Shown here: in pieces, positions 63,226 through 64,000 of the stretch | Layout of the letters: every line of letters starts with the position of its first letter | How positions within the stretch are numbered: the first letter of the stretch is position 1 | Source of the DNA: an uncultured Gemmatimonadales bacterium | GTDB lineage: Bacteria > Gemmatimonadota > Gemmatimonadetes > Longimicrobiales > Gaopeijiaceae | Length of the DNA: 64,000 bases | NCBI GenBank assembly: GCA_963809895.1 | Contig: CAWELD010000003.1 | Span: 1,728,001 to 1,792,000 of the forward strand | Direction: 5' to 3' | Notes under the pieces: generated by a model | Told to the model about the DNA's origin: nothing | What the model saw: the letters and a program-made list of their open reading frames with translations, nothing else | Databases searched by the model: none | Translations under genes and position numbers: made by a program

Positions 63226-64000
63226 TCACTCCGCACGCAGGGTGCGGGCAGGATCCAGGCGCGTGCCCCGCCACGCAGGCACCCAGCTCGCCAGCCAGGC
63301 CGCGGCGGCCAGGAGCGCCGCGCCCCCGAGCAGCGCCCAGGGATCCGCGGGCCCCACTTCGAAGAGCAGGCTCCGCGCACTGCGGGCGAGCACCGCCGCC
63401 AGGGCGAGTCCCACCAGGATTCCGACCGCCACCACGGTCAGGGCTTCCCGCTGCACGCCACCGCGGACCTGCCGCGGGCGCGCCCCCAGAGCCAGCCGGA
63501 TGCCCATCTCACGCGTGCGTCGCGCCACCGTGTACCCGACCACGCCGTACACCCCCGCGGCGGAGAGGAGAAGCGCCAGCAGCGCGAATCCCCCGAGGAC
63601 GAAGGCGGTGAAGCGCCGATCGCCGGCGGAGCTCGCGATGCGCCGCTCCAGCGTAGCGGTCTCGACCGGAACGTCCGGGGCCATCTGGCGAACCCGCGTG
63701 CGCATCAGGTCGGCCAGGGCCGCCGCGTCGTCACCCTTCACCACCAGACTCATGCCGAAGATGACCAGGAACGCCGGCCGCTGACGGTACGAGACGTAGA
63801 AGGTCGGGTCGGCGCCCGCGGGCCGGCTCCAGTCACGCACGTCTCCCACCACCCCCACCACCGTGAGCCACTCGTCGGGATAGGGGTCCATGCCCCGTGG
63901 GTTGAAACGCTTGCCCAGAGGGTCCTCGCCGGGCCACAGGCGCCGCGCCGTGCTCTCGTCCACCAAGGCGGCGTGGGGCGCCTCGGGACCGTCCTGTTCG
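63226..64000 (-). CDS. ABC transporter permease (MacB/FtsX, ADOP-type), C-terminal part only
   Basis: VVGVVGD, GVYGVVGY, RTREMGIRLALGA, PAWRGTRLDP..LRAE; runs off the window end. Confidence 0.9.
   Translation of the reverse strand, partial: EQDGPEAPHAALVDESTARRLWPGEDPLGKRFNPRGMDPYPDEWLTVVGVVGDVRDWSRPAGADPTFYVSYRQRPAFLVIFGMSLVVKGDDAAALADLMRTRVRQMAPDVPVETATLERRIASSAGDRRFTAFVLGGFALLALLLSAAGVYGVVGYTVARRTREMGIRLALGARPRQVRGGVQREALTVVAVGILVGLALAAVLARSARSLLFEVGPADPWALLGGAALLAAAAWLASWVPAWRGTRLDPARTLRAE

Overview
A very GC-rich bacterial chromosomal segment, probably Gemmatimonadota (inferred from gene content and protein style, not from a search). No prophage, IS element, CRISPR array or rRNA is visible. 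Five blocks: (1) 1-11.7 kb, a protein quality-control cluster: rhomboid (partial), dnaK with a sigma54-type promoter, degP/htrA, tRNA-Leu(TAG), tig-clpP-clpX-lon-engB. (2) 11.7-24.7 kb, minus-strand housekeeping genes aroC-aroK-topA-trmFO-xerC-hslV-hslU-argF-gcvT-mog and a sigma54 activator. (3) 24.9-48.7 kb, a ~24 kb type IVa pilus island: LysM peptidase, PilS/PilR-like pair, Dpm1-like GT2 plus TMTC/TfpW-like GT-C transferase, two tandem pilins, a second sensor/sigma54-regulator pair, two paralogous fimU-pilV-pilW-pilX sets whose PilX proteins carry probable beta-solenoid domains, pilMNOPQ and a 917-aa Ig/beta-propeller lipoprotein. No pilY1 is present in the window. (4) sodA, dinB-btpA, methyltransferase, DUF983, alanine/glycine symporter and desaturase. 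(5) sahR-ahcY, MBL hydrolase, LytS/LytTR pair, SGNH lipoprotein and a partial ABC permease. Four genes (lipoprotein at 11.1 kb, trmFO, pilX1, pilA) each carry a single +1 frameshift, most likely assembly errors. The best candidate for an undescribed system is the pilus island: predicted pilin O-glycosylation by a bacterial TMTC-like enzyme, two alternative tip complexes, and an unknown surface lipoprotein that may substitute for PilY1. All calls come from reading the sequence and recognising motifs; no database search was run.
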